A stretch of 55,109 bases of DNA, taken from positions 25,515-80,623 of the forward strand of contig CAJFCJ010000074.1 of NCBI GenBank assembly GCA_904063045.1. Direction: 5' to 3'. Below the pieces are notes generated by a model. That model was not told the DNA's origin. It ran no database searches and saw only the letters and a program-made list of their open reading frames with translations. Every line of letters starts with the position of its first letter. The stretch's first letter is position 1. The position numbers and the translations under genes were made by a program. This DNA is from Dimorphilus gyrociliatus (taxonomy: Eukaryota; Animalia; Annelida). Of the stretch, positions 14,258-26,560 are shown one piece after another.

Positions 14258-14502
14258 TTGAGAAGCAATGTAACATTATGGAAACTCAAAGAAATGATTT
14301 GAAAATTGTTGTAGCCAGAAGAACAAAAGCTAAAGACTTACAAATTTTCTTTGTCTTCAAATATTACTTTTATTTTTGTGATATTTATTTATATAAACCC
14401 AGCAAAATGAACAGTTGACTGTTCAGTTCTCCAATTGTCAGCTTGTTGTTTATACTAGTGTACAACTTTCATTATATTTTACGCTTACATTACATTGCTA
14501 TA

Positions 14503-14940
14503 AAGTAAACGACATGTATATATGCACACCCTGAATTCTGATAGGCCAATTTGTAATTAATGGTTAAAAATGTTTGTTCGCTGAAAAGCATTTTTTTTAT
14601 CTAAATTTATATAGAAAAAGAGTTATATTTACATAATATTAAAGAAAATTTAACAAAATCATTATATTTTGTAAATATTCTTAGCAAAATATTTTTAGTA
14701 ATTTTCATAAGTTTTTTCTTTATTTGGCCAAACGACATGATTATTGGCACACTTACTTGACATCCGCTTTGGCATTCAAAAAGACATCTCAAAAAGCTTT
14801 TTTTCAACTTATTTGCTTTTTTAAGTTAAGTTTCTTAGTTATAGACTTTTTTAATTACAGTATATAGTTTTTATTGTACTTTTTTTAATAATCATGTGGA
14901 GTAAAGATATTAGGGATCAGAAAATATAGAGAAATAGATT
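14503..14940 (+). mobile_element. Tc1 5' fragment (TIR, leader, first codons)
   Basis: TA|AAGTAAACGACATG...GCACACC TIR; the leader aligns with the reverse complement of 10800-11180; ATG TGG AGT AAA GAT ATT AGG GAT near 14894 matches MVWGKDIRD. Confidence 0.75.
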
Positions 14941-16430
14941 TTTTTGTAAGAATTAAAGCACTTTGTTTTTGTCATAGGCTTATGTAGACTTAATAATATC
15001 ACAATATCATTAAATACTATTTTTCAATTCTCTGGCGGTGAAACTATTGAATGGACAAAATTGAAATGGCAAAAAGCTTATTTTTAGTGTATTAAACTCG
15101 CCTTATTATTTATTCTATTGAGAAATCTTATTAATACTTTGGGGACCAGCATCTGTATATAGGCTTAAAGCTTACACAAAAAGATTACAATCAAATGGGT
15201 AGACTTATCAGAGATATTGTAAAGAAAGAATTTGCACTCTTCCTGGCAGTTCAAGTCAAGAATGATAACAAAATTTCCCGGAATGACTAAAGGAGCAGCT
15301 ACAGTTCAAGTAAATAATAATTTAGAGGAAGACTTCTCCAAAGAAGTAAAACTCCTTATTGACTGCTTGATGTTAATGATATTGTTAAACCTTTGTAAAT
15401 CAGCAATTATCTATTTAAAAGAATTAACTAGCACTGCAAAAATTTTAGGTTTTGGTTTTCATTTTAATTTCCATTGCATACTGATATCTGTACTCTTGTA
15501 AAAGTTAATAGTCAATACCGACACACTTGAATAGCTTACCTACAATAGTTTTGTCTTGTCCTTTCCCAAGACAACAACTCTTCAAAATCATTAGCTGTGC
15601 TAATTTATGCCTTTGTTGATTACAAAAGTACAAGTTAAACAACATATTTTAAATTGTGGGGAAAAACTAAAATTCCTATAAATTTAATATTTTATTGTCT
15701 CTGATATATAAATATACATTGTGTTCATTTTCAGGAAAATGAGTCAATTCCTCTGAATGTTGTGTCATATATTCATGGTTTTCTTAATATAAATATTCTT
15801 TTCTTTAAAACATTACCAACAATTTTACCAAAGGAAAAAATGTCACTAGTCATATTGTCGGTATTTAAAGGGACTAATTCTTTTGGATAAACAAAAACTT
15901 CCTGTCCATTTTCGTTTTTCTGAAAACATAAAAATTTTGGTGTTTACACAAATTTAATCAAAATTAGAAATGCTAAAGAAATTAGTGTTTTTTTTTACAA
16001 TTTTCAAACAAAAAACACCTGATTTCTTTCAAAACCAATTGGTTTTTCTTTTAACCTGACTGAAGATGACATTTTCCACAAAATATCCATTTAGGGAATA
16101 ATTATATTCATGACAGAAATATATTGCATTTAAACAAGATTTAAAAGACTTTAGAAGAAAAATTATATTTAAATTCCACTTATTTGAAAAACTGATAGGA
16201 TTACAATGGTTTCTATGGTTACAGAACAACAAATTATTTTTGGCGCCATATTTTAAAAATTCACAATCTTTGTTATTAAAAAGCAATAAAAAATAGAATT
16301 TATTGAAAATGTTTCTTTGTTATTTTTTGGGTTTTATACTTAAAGTTCTAATTTTTAAAGTCACTTCCTGTTTCATTGAATGACTGAAAAGAAAAGAATA
16401 TTGAACTAGTGTGAAATTGATAGACAAGGT

Positions 16431-19400
16431 TTAAAAAAAAGACATTTTAGTCTGATGTTTTCTCTTATTTTCTTTCAATTTCACAACAATTTCTCCATAG
16501 GAATGGAATAATGGATTCAAAACTGAATTGATAGGAATCAATACAAGTACAAGACACGAATAAATTTCATTGCTCATATTAATTTTGATAGATATTGACA
16601 TTATTCCTGTAAAAGAAAATTGTTAAATATTTAATATACATTTTTTTGGTATGAGAAACCAAATTACCCAAAAAAGAAACTGGTAAAGAGTACATTAAAT
16701 TTAATAATATGATAAAATAAATTGATTTTGAAAGAGATTTCGATTTAGTATTTTTCATAAAAACAACAAGTTTATTGTGTTTCCTTAATTCAGCAATAAT
16801 AAGAATGTAAAACATAGAATTGATAAATGATATAGCGAATACAACAACTCCAAAAATTACAAAAGAATACATTGATCCTTTAGCAGATTCACTTCTGATG
16901 TACAATTTAAAACATATTGGGGATTGTTGAAAATACTCCTAAAGTTTGAAATGTACGTCAAATAGAATGGAACAGTTATTGAAAAATAAAATTATACTTA
17001 ACTGTATAATAATAAACCGGAAATGAACTGAGACAAAGGCTAACACACCAATTAATTATTGTAATTGCAACAATAATCCTCTTAGTAAAGTAACGATGCA
17101 TTGGATATGTAATGACAATATATTTTTGAAAACTGATTAAAAATAAACTTCCTGTTGAGCATAACATGGAAAAATTCATAATAGATCCAATCAATTTGCA
17201 AACATGTCCATTTGTCCACTGGTGTTCCCGTTCAAAAAAATTACCCTTAAAATACATATTGGCAGAACCTATTGCTATTAAATAGACACCTGTCAATAAA
17301 TCAGAAATTGACAATGACAGATAAAATGTATTTGATAATTTCTTAATGATAAATGAATGACAAAATAATGACATTAAATTAAAAATTACTCCAAATACTC
17401 CAAATATCCATAGAAATAAATTTAATATTTTTGACGCTACTAACTCCGAACAAGTATTGAAAATTGATGAAGCCGGTGTACATTTTCTAATTGACTTTGA
17501 ATATTTGAATACGAAACAACAAACCAACAAATATTTACTCTGAATTTTTTCAATATATTTTAAATGTTCAATAAGATTTTTCAATTGAGATTTTGGTAGT
17601 TCAGTAGATGATAGATCAAATATTTCTATACTATTTAGAAGAAGACTACCCTTCTCGACAAAATTAATTGAACAACCTCTTAGAATGAAAACAGTTAATT
17701 TTCCCATTGATTTAAAATTCTCTTTCCTTATTGACATTACTTTTGTATATGATAAATTCAATACTCTTAAATTTGTTACTTTTTCCAAATTGGATACATG
17801 ATTTATAGGATTATAAGACAAATCTAATACAGATAACAGATAATCAACTTTTAAAAATACATCATTTAAATCTTCTAAAAGATTTCTTGTTAAATTTAAA
17901 AAGAAAAGATTTGGTGTTTTTATTTTTTTATAGAAATTTTTCAAACTACAATTAACAATTGATAATTTTACTAGTCGATTCGATGAAAATAATGACCCAT
18001 TTCTTCTTAATTGAATATTTTCAATTTTTAAATTTTTTACCAATAGAAGTGTATTTAAATTTTCAAATTTCAATTGTTCTTGTTGACTATTTAAATTATT
18101 CGAATTGTTTGAAATGCATTCAATTTTGTAGCCGTGTCGACATGAACACAATTCAATGCATACATTGAATTTCTCTAATGGACAATATAATTCGTCATTT
18201 CCGTTACGACAATTCATTATTCCATTACAAACTCTATCTAAAGTGATGTATTTGTTCTCGAGTTGACATTTAAAATATCCTTCCGGTTGATAATTGCCTA
18301 CAAAAAATTGAAAATTTCAGCCTATTTTATAATATTTTCCATTCTCAATTACTGCAATTTTCTTCATCTTCATTATACCAACAATGATTGATACCGTCGC
18401 AAACTTGTTCAATAGATATACAATATCTGGATAGTTTACATAGAAATTCACCTTTTGGGCAAGACTTCTTGGAACAATTTCTCAATGAAGAATAAGGTTC
18501 TCGAATATTAACTTTAAGATTTCCCATTGAATCGTAAATAAGCCTACAACGTGAGTATTCAAATTTTGTATCAATATCGAATGATTCAGTTGAACAGAAC
18601 TGTTCATCTTCGTCACTACCATCTTTGCAATCATAGACATAATCGCAAAAAACATTTTTAGGCTTACATACATTATCACACATATAATGATATTTTCTAT
18701 TACAACCTGCACATGATTGTTAAAAAAATATTATTAAACTGCTTCCAATGGAGAGAATAGGTGTTTTCTTCCAATATACTGTAAAACATTAGGTCTGAAA
18801 CAAAAGGAAAAAAAAATACCTTCAATATCATTCGGATGACTATTGGAGTTTTCAATTGATTTATAATTGAGGCAGTCTTCATCACTGAAATCATAACAAT
18901 TGCGTTCATTGTTGCACAATTTTTCATATTCTATACATTGTCGATTATTGCAGGTGCTAAAAAAGAAATAATAACATTAATGATAAAATTTATATATAAA
19001 GAAAACCAATTCAACTTTTCAGAATCTGGACAAGTGTCATAATCTAAAATAGACAAAAAATCTCTGTTACATTGAAATAATATTTTCATATTGTCTACTC
19101 ACTACAAAATTTTTCATCGGATTTATCATCACAATCATATCTATAATTGCAAATATATTGGTATGAGATATTTTCATTGTTTGAATGGCAAAGAAATCTT
19201 GTATTATCATTTGAACAATTCATTTCATCTTCGCCGGAAATACAATCATTTTCACCATCGCAAACTTGAAATAATGATATACAAATACGATTTTTACAGA
19301 GAAAATTAAAATTTGAACAATTAAAAAGAAGTTGCATTGGTGTAATTTTTGTATAAAAATTCCATAATTTTTCATCATAAAATGACTCACTTCCTTTTCA

Positions 19401-22089
19401 AAAAGAAAATAAAAAATTTGAATATTACTTTAATATTTAAATTTGCCAACTTGACATTTTTTGACAAAACAAAAAGCTTTGAATTTTTTGCGAGCATGAA
19501 ATAGGAATTTTCAAAAAGTAATTAGCAAAAACTGCAGAAGAATATTTGGTGAATCTTTTGTTGATAAAACATTCACCTTTGGGATGATTGATTTCAGTAA
19601 GTTGAAGAGATATATAACTTTGTATAGTTTTTAATGACCCAGAGCGTCTTAAAGTTTCTTTTCTAGTTATCAAACCGTATCCTGACCAAAAATACCAAGG
19701 CATTAATGTAGGTGTATATAGAGTAGTATCATAAGGAAAATTCTCCTTTTCAACCTTTTGAAAAGCTGTAAGAAGAAAATAGGTAAAAATAATCATGAAT
19801 CACTCCCCCTGTCCGCCAATTTACCTGTTGGAATAATTAGTAAAGCTTTTCCAGTTGAACTATGAGTATTATACAGGTTAGTTAATGTAATTTTAGTGGA
19901 TTTATAAAGGTAAAATCCCAAAAATAAGACTACTTCATAAATCAATGCAGAAAAATTCAATGGTTCTTCTATCATTTCAAGATTATTCTCTTTACATTTT
20001 TCACTCATTTCCTGTATTGAGTACTTTTTATTTTGATTAAAAATATAATAACAATTATTCAAAATTGTATAGTTTGCCTTCTGTAAACAAACTACAAAAA
20101 ATGTATTATTAAATATATGTCAACAATTGAAAATTAAAACACAAAAAAAAGTTTACCAGTTTTCATCTTATTTGTACATTGAATATTTAAAGTTTCTTGG
20201 AAATGAGCAGCTTCTTTATTAGGTCTATTAAAAATTGTTTTTTTAATTTATTCATAGAAATATGTTAGATAACAAATCTATTATTACAAATTATTTAAAT
20301 GTGTATATTTTCCATCTGTTATATCACAGTTTTCAATTGATTTTCCATCTGTTGGACATTGAATATCGAACGAAGAATCAATGCGGCTTCTTGAATACGA
20401 TACTCGATTACTAATTATTATTGTTCCAGTAGAATATCCAAAGTATTGACATACAAAATCCAATTCAAAACTTTGAATTGATAATAAATTTACTGACCGC
20501 CATTTTGTATTTTGAAAAGTTTGTAAAAATCCATTGATTTCACCAAATAGTTTGTCACCTTTATACCAGTATTGTTTGTTTTCTGATGAAATTCGAAGTT
20601 GATTATCTATATTTTTTTTAAAATACAAAAACCTAATATAAAAAATAACATAAAGCAAAAAAAATTTTTAAAAAACTTGTAAAATTTTTGATTTCTTCGC
20701 AACGAACGTTAAAAAAATACATTTGCCTTTTTACATTTTTAATTGTACATTGATTTCTTGAACAGAATGAAAAGAATGGTAAATTTGTAAAATTTTCAAA
20801 AACTTCATAAGAATGTACTAAATTGTATGATGCACAATATTCAAATGAGTTGAAATATTCATTATCCTGATAAAGAATGTAAAGATGATTGATAGTTATC
20901 ATTTAGTTATGGAAACCTTTATTTGAACATAATTCGTCAAATATGAATATTCCGTCTCTGCCATCATATTTCTTTGTCGACAAACATCTATTGGAAGGAT
21001 TTTTGGATATTTTTCAAAAAGTGCTAAATCATCAGTAATTAAATAAACTGGTAAAAAATTCGACATTATTTCTCCATTTGATAAATAAATTAGTAAATTT
21101 TTTTTCTTATCTGTTTTTGTTTTTTATTGCAATTTTCTTTCTATTGAAATGAATTTGATTGAAAGCGGCCATTAGATTGGTGTTTATAAAAAAGTACACC
21201 AATTTCATGAACGATTTCATCAAATCTATTGAAAAAAAGCATACTAATAATTTTGCCAATTTTACAAACAACAGCCTCAAATTTAATGAAATTGAACTCT
21301 TTAGATATAGGAATTGTTTGGCGAATTGAGGTAATTTCAATAGGTTTATAAATTCTAAAAACTTTTTCAAATTTTAAATACTGAGCGATATTACAAATAT
21401 TTCTCCAATTATTTTTATAGACGATAGAAAAACTTTCAGCATTTTTTCTTAATAGTGCAATTACTTGGTCTTGTCTACTTTGTACTTGAAGATAGATATC
21501 TAATTTAAATGAAAAGAAAACTGGTAATTGAATATTTTATTGAATTGCTAAGAAATAATCCACTAACAAGGTGTAGTAGTTTTAAAACATTTTAAACAAG
21601 TTGTAAATATAAGTTCTTTGGTGTTATTTCTATTGCTTTCACTTTAGTAATTGAAATAAATGAATGAGTAGACATTTTCTGATTTATCTATTGTGCTAAC
21701 ACTTACAAAGTACAGCATTTCCAAGTAACTTTAATACTAGAATAATCCATTACAATTGAACCTTTTGTTTGAGAACAATTACTACTAGAATCAAATTTTA
21801 GAAAAGTTAATCAATACAAACCATTGTCTCCTGGACAGATCATTGGTTCATTATAGATTTTGTCATATTTAAGAATTGAACAAAATTTATCATAGGCCTT
21901 AAATTTACAATTTTCATAACGAAGTGGTAAATTTAATGTATTTTCTGGAAAGTAAACAAACACCTTTCCAATTATATAGCTTTCATAATCATGTAAAATT
22001 TTCAGTGAGAAATTTTCACTTATTTCTAAACTCGATTTAAATATTTCAAATTCTGTGAATAACATTAAAACGAATTGTTTCAAATTCAT
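16431..22089 (-). CDS. Multidomain GPCR C: signal peptide, SRCR-like, CTL-like, multiple LDLa, LRR, 7TM (GRL101/LGR type C-like)
   Basis: First exon 21811-22089 parallels A and B. VCQYFGYST SRCR-like, NNCYYIF...C CTL-like. LDLa motifs VCDGENDCISGEDEMNC, FCDYVYDCKDGSDED, VCDGINHCWYNEDEENC. LRRs LDLSYNPI and LNLSYTKV, NLSISDLLTG-type TM2, TM7 LIPINSVLNPLFH; stop TAA at 16431-16433. Confidence 0.88.
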
Positions 22090-23872
22090 TTCAAATTTTT
22101 ATAAACTAAAAACTAAAAACAATCAGACACAAATATATTTTTTTCACATTTTTTGATATTTTTATTAAGTAAATTATATAAATAATAAAATAGATTAAAT
22201 TTCTGGTAAAAGGCCTATCACTTTACACTTTTAAATTGAATACTCTAGGAATGTTGGCATAAAAACATATTTTAGTGTGTATTTATTTCAAACAGAGATT
22301 CTGCTATGTTTCTATGTTGTGTATCAGTGTGTATGTATGTCAGGGTTAGTGTGTGAGTGTTTATCATGTCATGAGAATGGATGATCTGGAGTCATGATCT
22401 CAAGTGTTAGTTTGACTTAATATCAAGTAAAATCATAGACATATCGCCATTTTGCATATTTTACTTGAATTTGTTATTACAATTGAATGAAATCTTCTGT
22501 TCATCATGTAAATCATACTGAAATGGCATTTGATAATTCTCCAGAGCACTGTTTACAATAACATTTTTCTGCAATTATATTATCTTGTTGTAGATCACAT
22601 TGTTCCATTCTTCATTTAATACAATTTTCAAATGGGATTTTGACATTCATAAACATACAGAACAAAGTCATTTGTCAGATCAGAGCCATTATGAACTAGT
22701 AAATCATTTCCTTTTTTACTACCATTTTAAAAAATATGTTTTGCTGTTGACTCTTATCAAAACTGTCACATGAAAAGTAAAGAGAGAAATCCACTTCTAC
22801 ACAAACAGCTTCTTTTAATTTCATCTAATAGTCAGGATTAATGAAAGAGATTAAATATAGACAAAAGAAAATTGGTTGATTATGTATATCTAAAATATAG
22901 ACAGGGTCCTGGAAGAACAATAAGTAGCTCAAACATTTGATTTTACAGATCAAACAGTTTTTATTTTTGAAACAGAATAAACAACAAAGATAATAGCTAA
23001 TATCTATAAAATATTTTTGAGCAATGAGAGAGAGATAATTGAGAAACAAACACTTATCTTAAGTGTAAAGCAATGTTGAACAATGAACTCTTCTCAATTT
23101 GTGTATCTGTCTCATCAGTTTATCTCTAGTAAGTAGAAAATTGTCCTTCAACAAGAGAAATAATCTTTAAACCAATTATATCAAATGGAAATATCATTGA
23201 AAGTGTTTTAAAAGGTGGTTTTGCAATAAAAACGTTGTTCCAATGCAATGGGAATAATAATAATGAAGCAACAACAATTCCAAATAAAGTTATCACTACT
23301 GAAAAGAATTCCAATTCTCAAATATTGTATTGTCACAATAAATTAAAGCATCACATTGTATTGGATTGTAGTGGTAGAAATTTTACATTAACAACAAATG
23401 GTTTATACAGACAAACGAGTCTTGTGGTTACAACGTCATAAATGAAAATCATTTCAAAGTTTTCAATGTGAAAATTGAGGGCCTACAATGGCAAAATCAA
23501 AGACAATGAATGGTCAATATGTGTTTTGTCTATTACAAGCATGCAATGACTTCAGTATATGTTACCCCTGTGTACTTTTATCCATGTAGAAAAGCATAGA
23601 AACTCTGAAAATTTATCGTTTTTTCTTACTGCTTATTTAGAAACTCAATACATTATTCTATATTGTAAAATACTTGATAATTTTTATGGAAAAATTACAG
23701 AATGAGTTTGAGATTGTTAGATGCAAATCAAAGCTCTTAATGACCTTATCCATACATTCACATATAATATTTGAGAGTTAGGAACGGACACTCATAATTC
23801 AAATGTAACAAAAATATGAAGGACACTTATATCACTTATCTAAAATATAATCTTCAGATTAGTGTCACATGT

Positions 23873-24220
23873 TCAACATGGGCCACTGTAAAGCAAGCAT
23901 GCGTCTTCAGCAGTAGAGCAAACTTTAATAGTCTCTCCTAAACATTTTGTTTGCTTTTCCTTTAGTTGACAATAACTTTGATTAATATGCTTTAATGTGT
24001 TAAAGGTTGACTTTAATCCTTTACAGATGACTTGAAATCCAGTTTCCATTTTTGTATTACAACTAAAGTTTACACTTTCTAACAAAGAGAACTTTTGCAT
24101 TTTTTGTCCTAAGTATGTTGCTTGTTTGCAGTTGAGATTGCACTCAATCATAATATATTGTTTTAAAGTGTTGGAAGAGAGTATAATTCCGTTACAAACT
24201 CTTTCAAAACTCGTTGACAT
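23873..24220 (-). pseudogene. Isolated ribonuclease-inhibitor-type LRR fragment (NLR-like C-terminus)
   Basis: LESVNFSCNTKMETGFQVICKGLKSTFNTLKHINQSYCQLKEKQTKCLGETIKVC fits alternating RI-class LRRs; no NACHT or other flanking exons recognised. Confidence 0.55.
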
Positions 24221-24319
24221 TCTTATCTTTCTTTGTCGCTCTTGTATTTCGCTAATAAAATTTTATATTGAAATTTTCCATAATGTTCAGTTAAAATTCT
24301 CCCTTTTCACAAATGAATG

Positions 24320-24478
24320 CTTTTACCCTAACTCTAATCCAGCCCTTGGCTGTACCTAGCCTTTCCATTAGCCCTAACTCTTAAGTACAAGCCAGTTGCT
24401 GTTTTCTTCTCCCTAATCATTTCTCAATCCAAAATCTAGTCTTGAAATAACTCATTTGTGGACGTTTTCTGTCGACCC
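24320..24478 (+). repeat. Dispersed short repeat copy (CCCTAA-like core, terminal GTGGACGTTTTCTGTCGACCC)
   Basis: Shares aatccaaa..ctag and the terminal motif with 3760-3889 and 52848-52970. Confidence 0.55.
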
Positions 24479-24987
24479 ATAAAGCAAATTTTAACTTACT
24501 GTTCATTCTACATATAGAAAAAAAGGAGAGGATAAGATATAGCTGGCTTTGCCTTTTCTCTGTAATAACATAACACCTCATCCTTCATACAAACAACAAA
24601 GACAGCTTTGATAGACAATCTAGTATATAATTCTTTTTGTAAAAGTAGACCTAATAGAGAAGATTATCAACCATTCAATAGCAATTGTAGATCAGAACAG
24701 TAATGTTGAATTATATAATTGTCAACTAATGTCTAGAATAAGCTCGTCGGAAGAAAGTTTCATAATTTTACCTCAGACACTTGTTTGGTATGTTTGTAAA
24801 TTGCATTAATATGTCTATGATTTGAATTTATCTAACTAATCCTTTACAATAACTCTTGTCTAAACAATTATTTTCAGTTTTGTACACAGATAATTTCCAG
24901 ATAATTGCAGTAGATAATCGATTTATTAAATTTCACATATCTCAATATTTTCTTTTGACGTATTCAATACGAAAACAACAATTCTTT

Positions 24988-26007
24988 TTAATATTGTTCA
25001 CATATGAAAGTTTGATTTCGAATTTCGTTGCATAACCTCAGTTGAGAATCTTCTGTCTTCATGTAGGATATTATGCTCAGTGAGTGGATAAATTTTGCAG
25101 AGATTTTAAAATTTTCAGTATAATCCAATAGAAGTGATAGGGTTGATATTTGAAATTGAACACATGTATGTGTATCTTTGCCACGTAGTGCAAAAAGGCT
25201 TCCAAAGCATCCACTGGGGGCTATGACTTCTATCCGAGGTAAGGTACATGCCAGTGGACCTATGACATGTTTTGCATATTCCTCAGAGTCGTCTAAATCA
25301 CCATATGAAATTTGAATTAATGGTAATTTGTTTGATAGAACAGAGATTTCACCCGATAAATCATAGATTTGATTATGAGATTTCTGTCCAGTATCAATAC
25401 AATTTTTACTTGAATCCTTCTCTTCAAGACATACTGTTGATATTAAACAGTTACAAATGCCGTCCTCAAAACTGCTCAGATTATATTTGGTGTCATCAAA
25501 GAATTGAAATTTTAGGAGATGAGCTTGCGAGTTTCTAATTGTAAGTTTCATATTTTGGGAACATTTTCCAGAATATTTCTTCATCTCTTGTAATTCTAAA
25601 TCATTCAGATCCTGATATTTTATATTTGTGATTGCATAATCAAAAGGACCACCAGGAGTCTTTATCTTTATATTCTGTTCCACGTCATTATCAATTTCTG
25701 TAACATAGTTGTTGTCTTCACCGAATGAGCATTTAAAATAAAATTGTCGTCCATTTTGAATTGGTTGAATTTTATATGTTGAATTTTTTAATTTGTTATA
25801 AAAGAGAGCTTCTTGGAAATTTCTAAACACAGATTTTGACTTTCCATATTGAAATATTAAAAGAAAGGAAACAATAACAACAAGTAAATAGCAATAAACC
25901 TTATTTGTATACAACTTGGACAGTTGGCAAGAGAACTCCAACAAATCAAAGATTAAAATGACAACTTGTTTAGAACAATAATAATCAATTTCACAAATAA
26001 TCAACAA
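24988..26007 (-). CDS. Secreted or membrane-anchored protein with a stand-alone Caspr/neurexin-IV-type fibrinogen-like domain; start uncertain
   Basis: TYKIQP...FYFKC...VTEIDND, ELQEMKKYSGKCSQ, CNC...C and KLPLIQISYGDLDDSEEYAKHVIGPLAC follow the Caspr-family pattern LPVxQVxxGDT...GPLxC; hydrophobic stretch YCYLLVVIVSFLLIF near the N-terminus. Confidence 0.65.
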   Translation of the reverse strand: MLIICEIDYYCSKQVVILIFDLLEFSCQLSKLYTNKVYCYLLVVIVSFLLIFQYGKSKSVFRNFQEALFYNKLKNSTYKIQPIQNGRQFYFKCSFGEDNNYVTEIDNDVEQNIKIKTPGGPFDYAITNIKYQDLNDLELQEMKKYSGKCSQNMKLTIRNSQAHLLKFQFFDDTKYNLSSFEDGICNCLISTVCLEEKDSSKNCIDTGQKSHNQIYDLSGEISVLSNKLPLIQISYGDLDDSEEYAKHVIGPLACTLPRIEVIAPSGCFGSLFALRGKDTHTCVQFQISTLSLLLDYTENFKISAKFIHSLSIISYMKTEDSQLRLCNEIRNQTFICEQY

Positions 26008-26129
26008 TCAGGCAATAGACTAGTATTTTATTAATGTTTTTTTCTGAATTAATCATCAATTAGGCAATCTTATATGAATTTCTTTTTAGAAAAGAATAAT
26101 TAATAAATGAAATCCATCAAAAATGAGTT

Positions 26130-26560
26130 TCAAATAAGTCAGAGTTTTGTGATGATGGCTATTTTGATAACTATGAGATGAATAGAAATGAAATGGATGA
26201 GAATTTAAATAAGGATGTGACTGTAGATGCAAATGAAGGTATGATGGATACAAATGAAAATGACAATGGAATATTGAACACTTGCAAAAAATTATGCATG
26301 ACAACTTTCAAATAATTAAAGGTTGAAGTTAACTGGGAAAACATATTCTAATCAATGATGGATTTTCATTCGATCTAAAAGCTAAAACTTCAAAAAGTGT
26401 TCATTTGAATATGCAGTAAGAGGACCAAAAAACAAAGATGCCCTGCAAGGGTTCGCCTGCAAGGAAAAACATTTATCAAACGAAACTTAGAACATATTCA
26501 TGGTAAAAATGATCATCTAACAACAGACATCAGCAATAGAAAGGATTTAAAGGATTTTTT
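26130..26560 (+). mobile_element. Degenerate MULE 5' fragment (acidic linker plus FLYWCH-like zinc finger)
   Basis: Manual translation LGKHILINDGFSFDLKAKTSKSVH...RGPKN(K)CPARV...EHIH with stops and frameshifts. Confidence 0.55.

Noticed and set aside
23126-23314. Hydrophobic ORF resembling a channel or transporter fragment
   Set aside because: Flanked by stops, with no diagnostic motif I can name.
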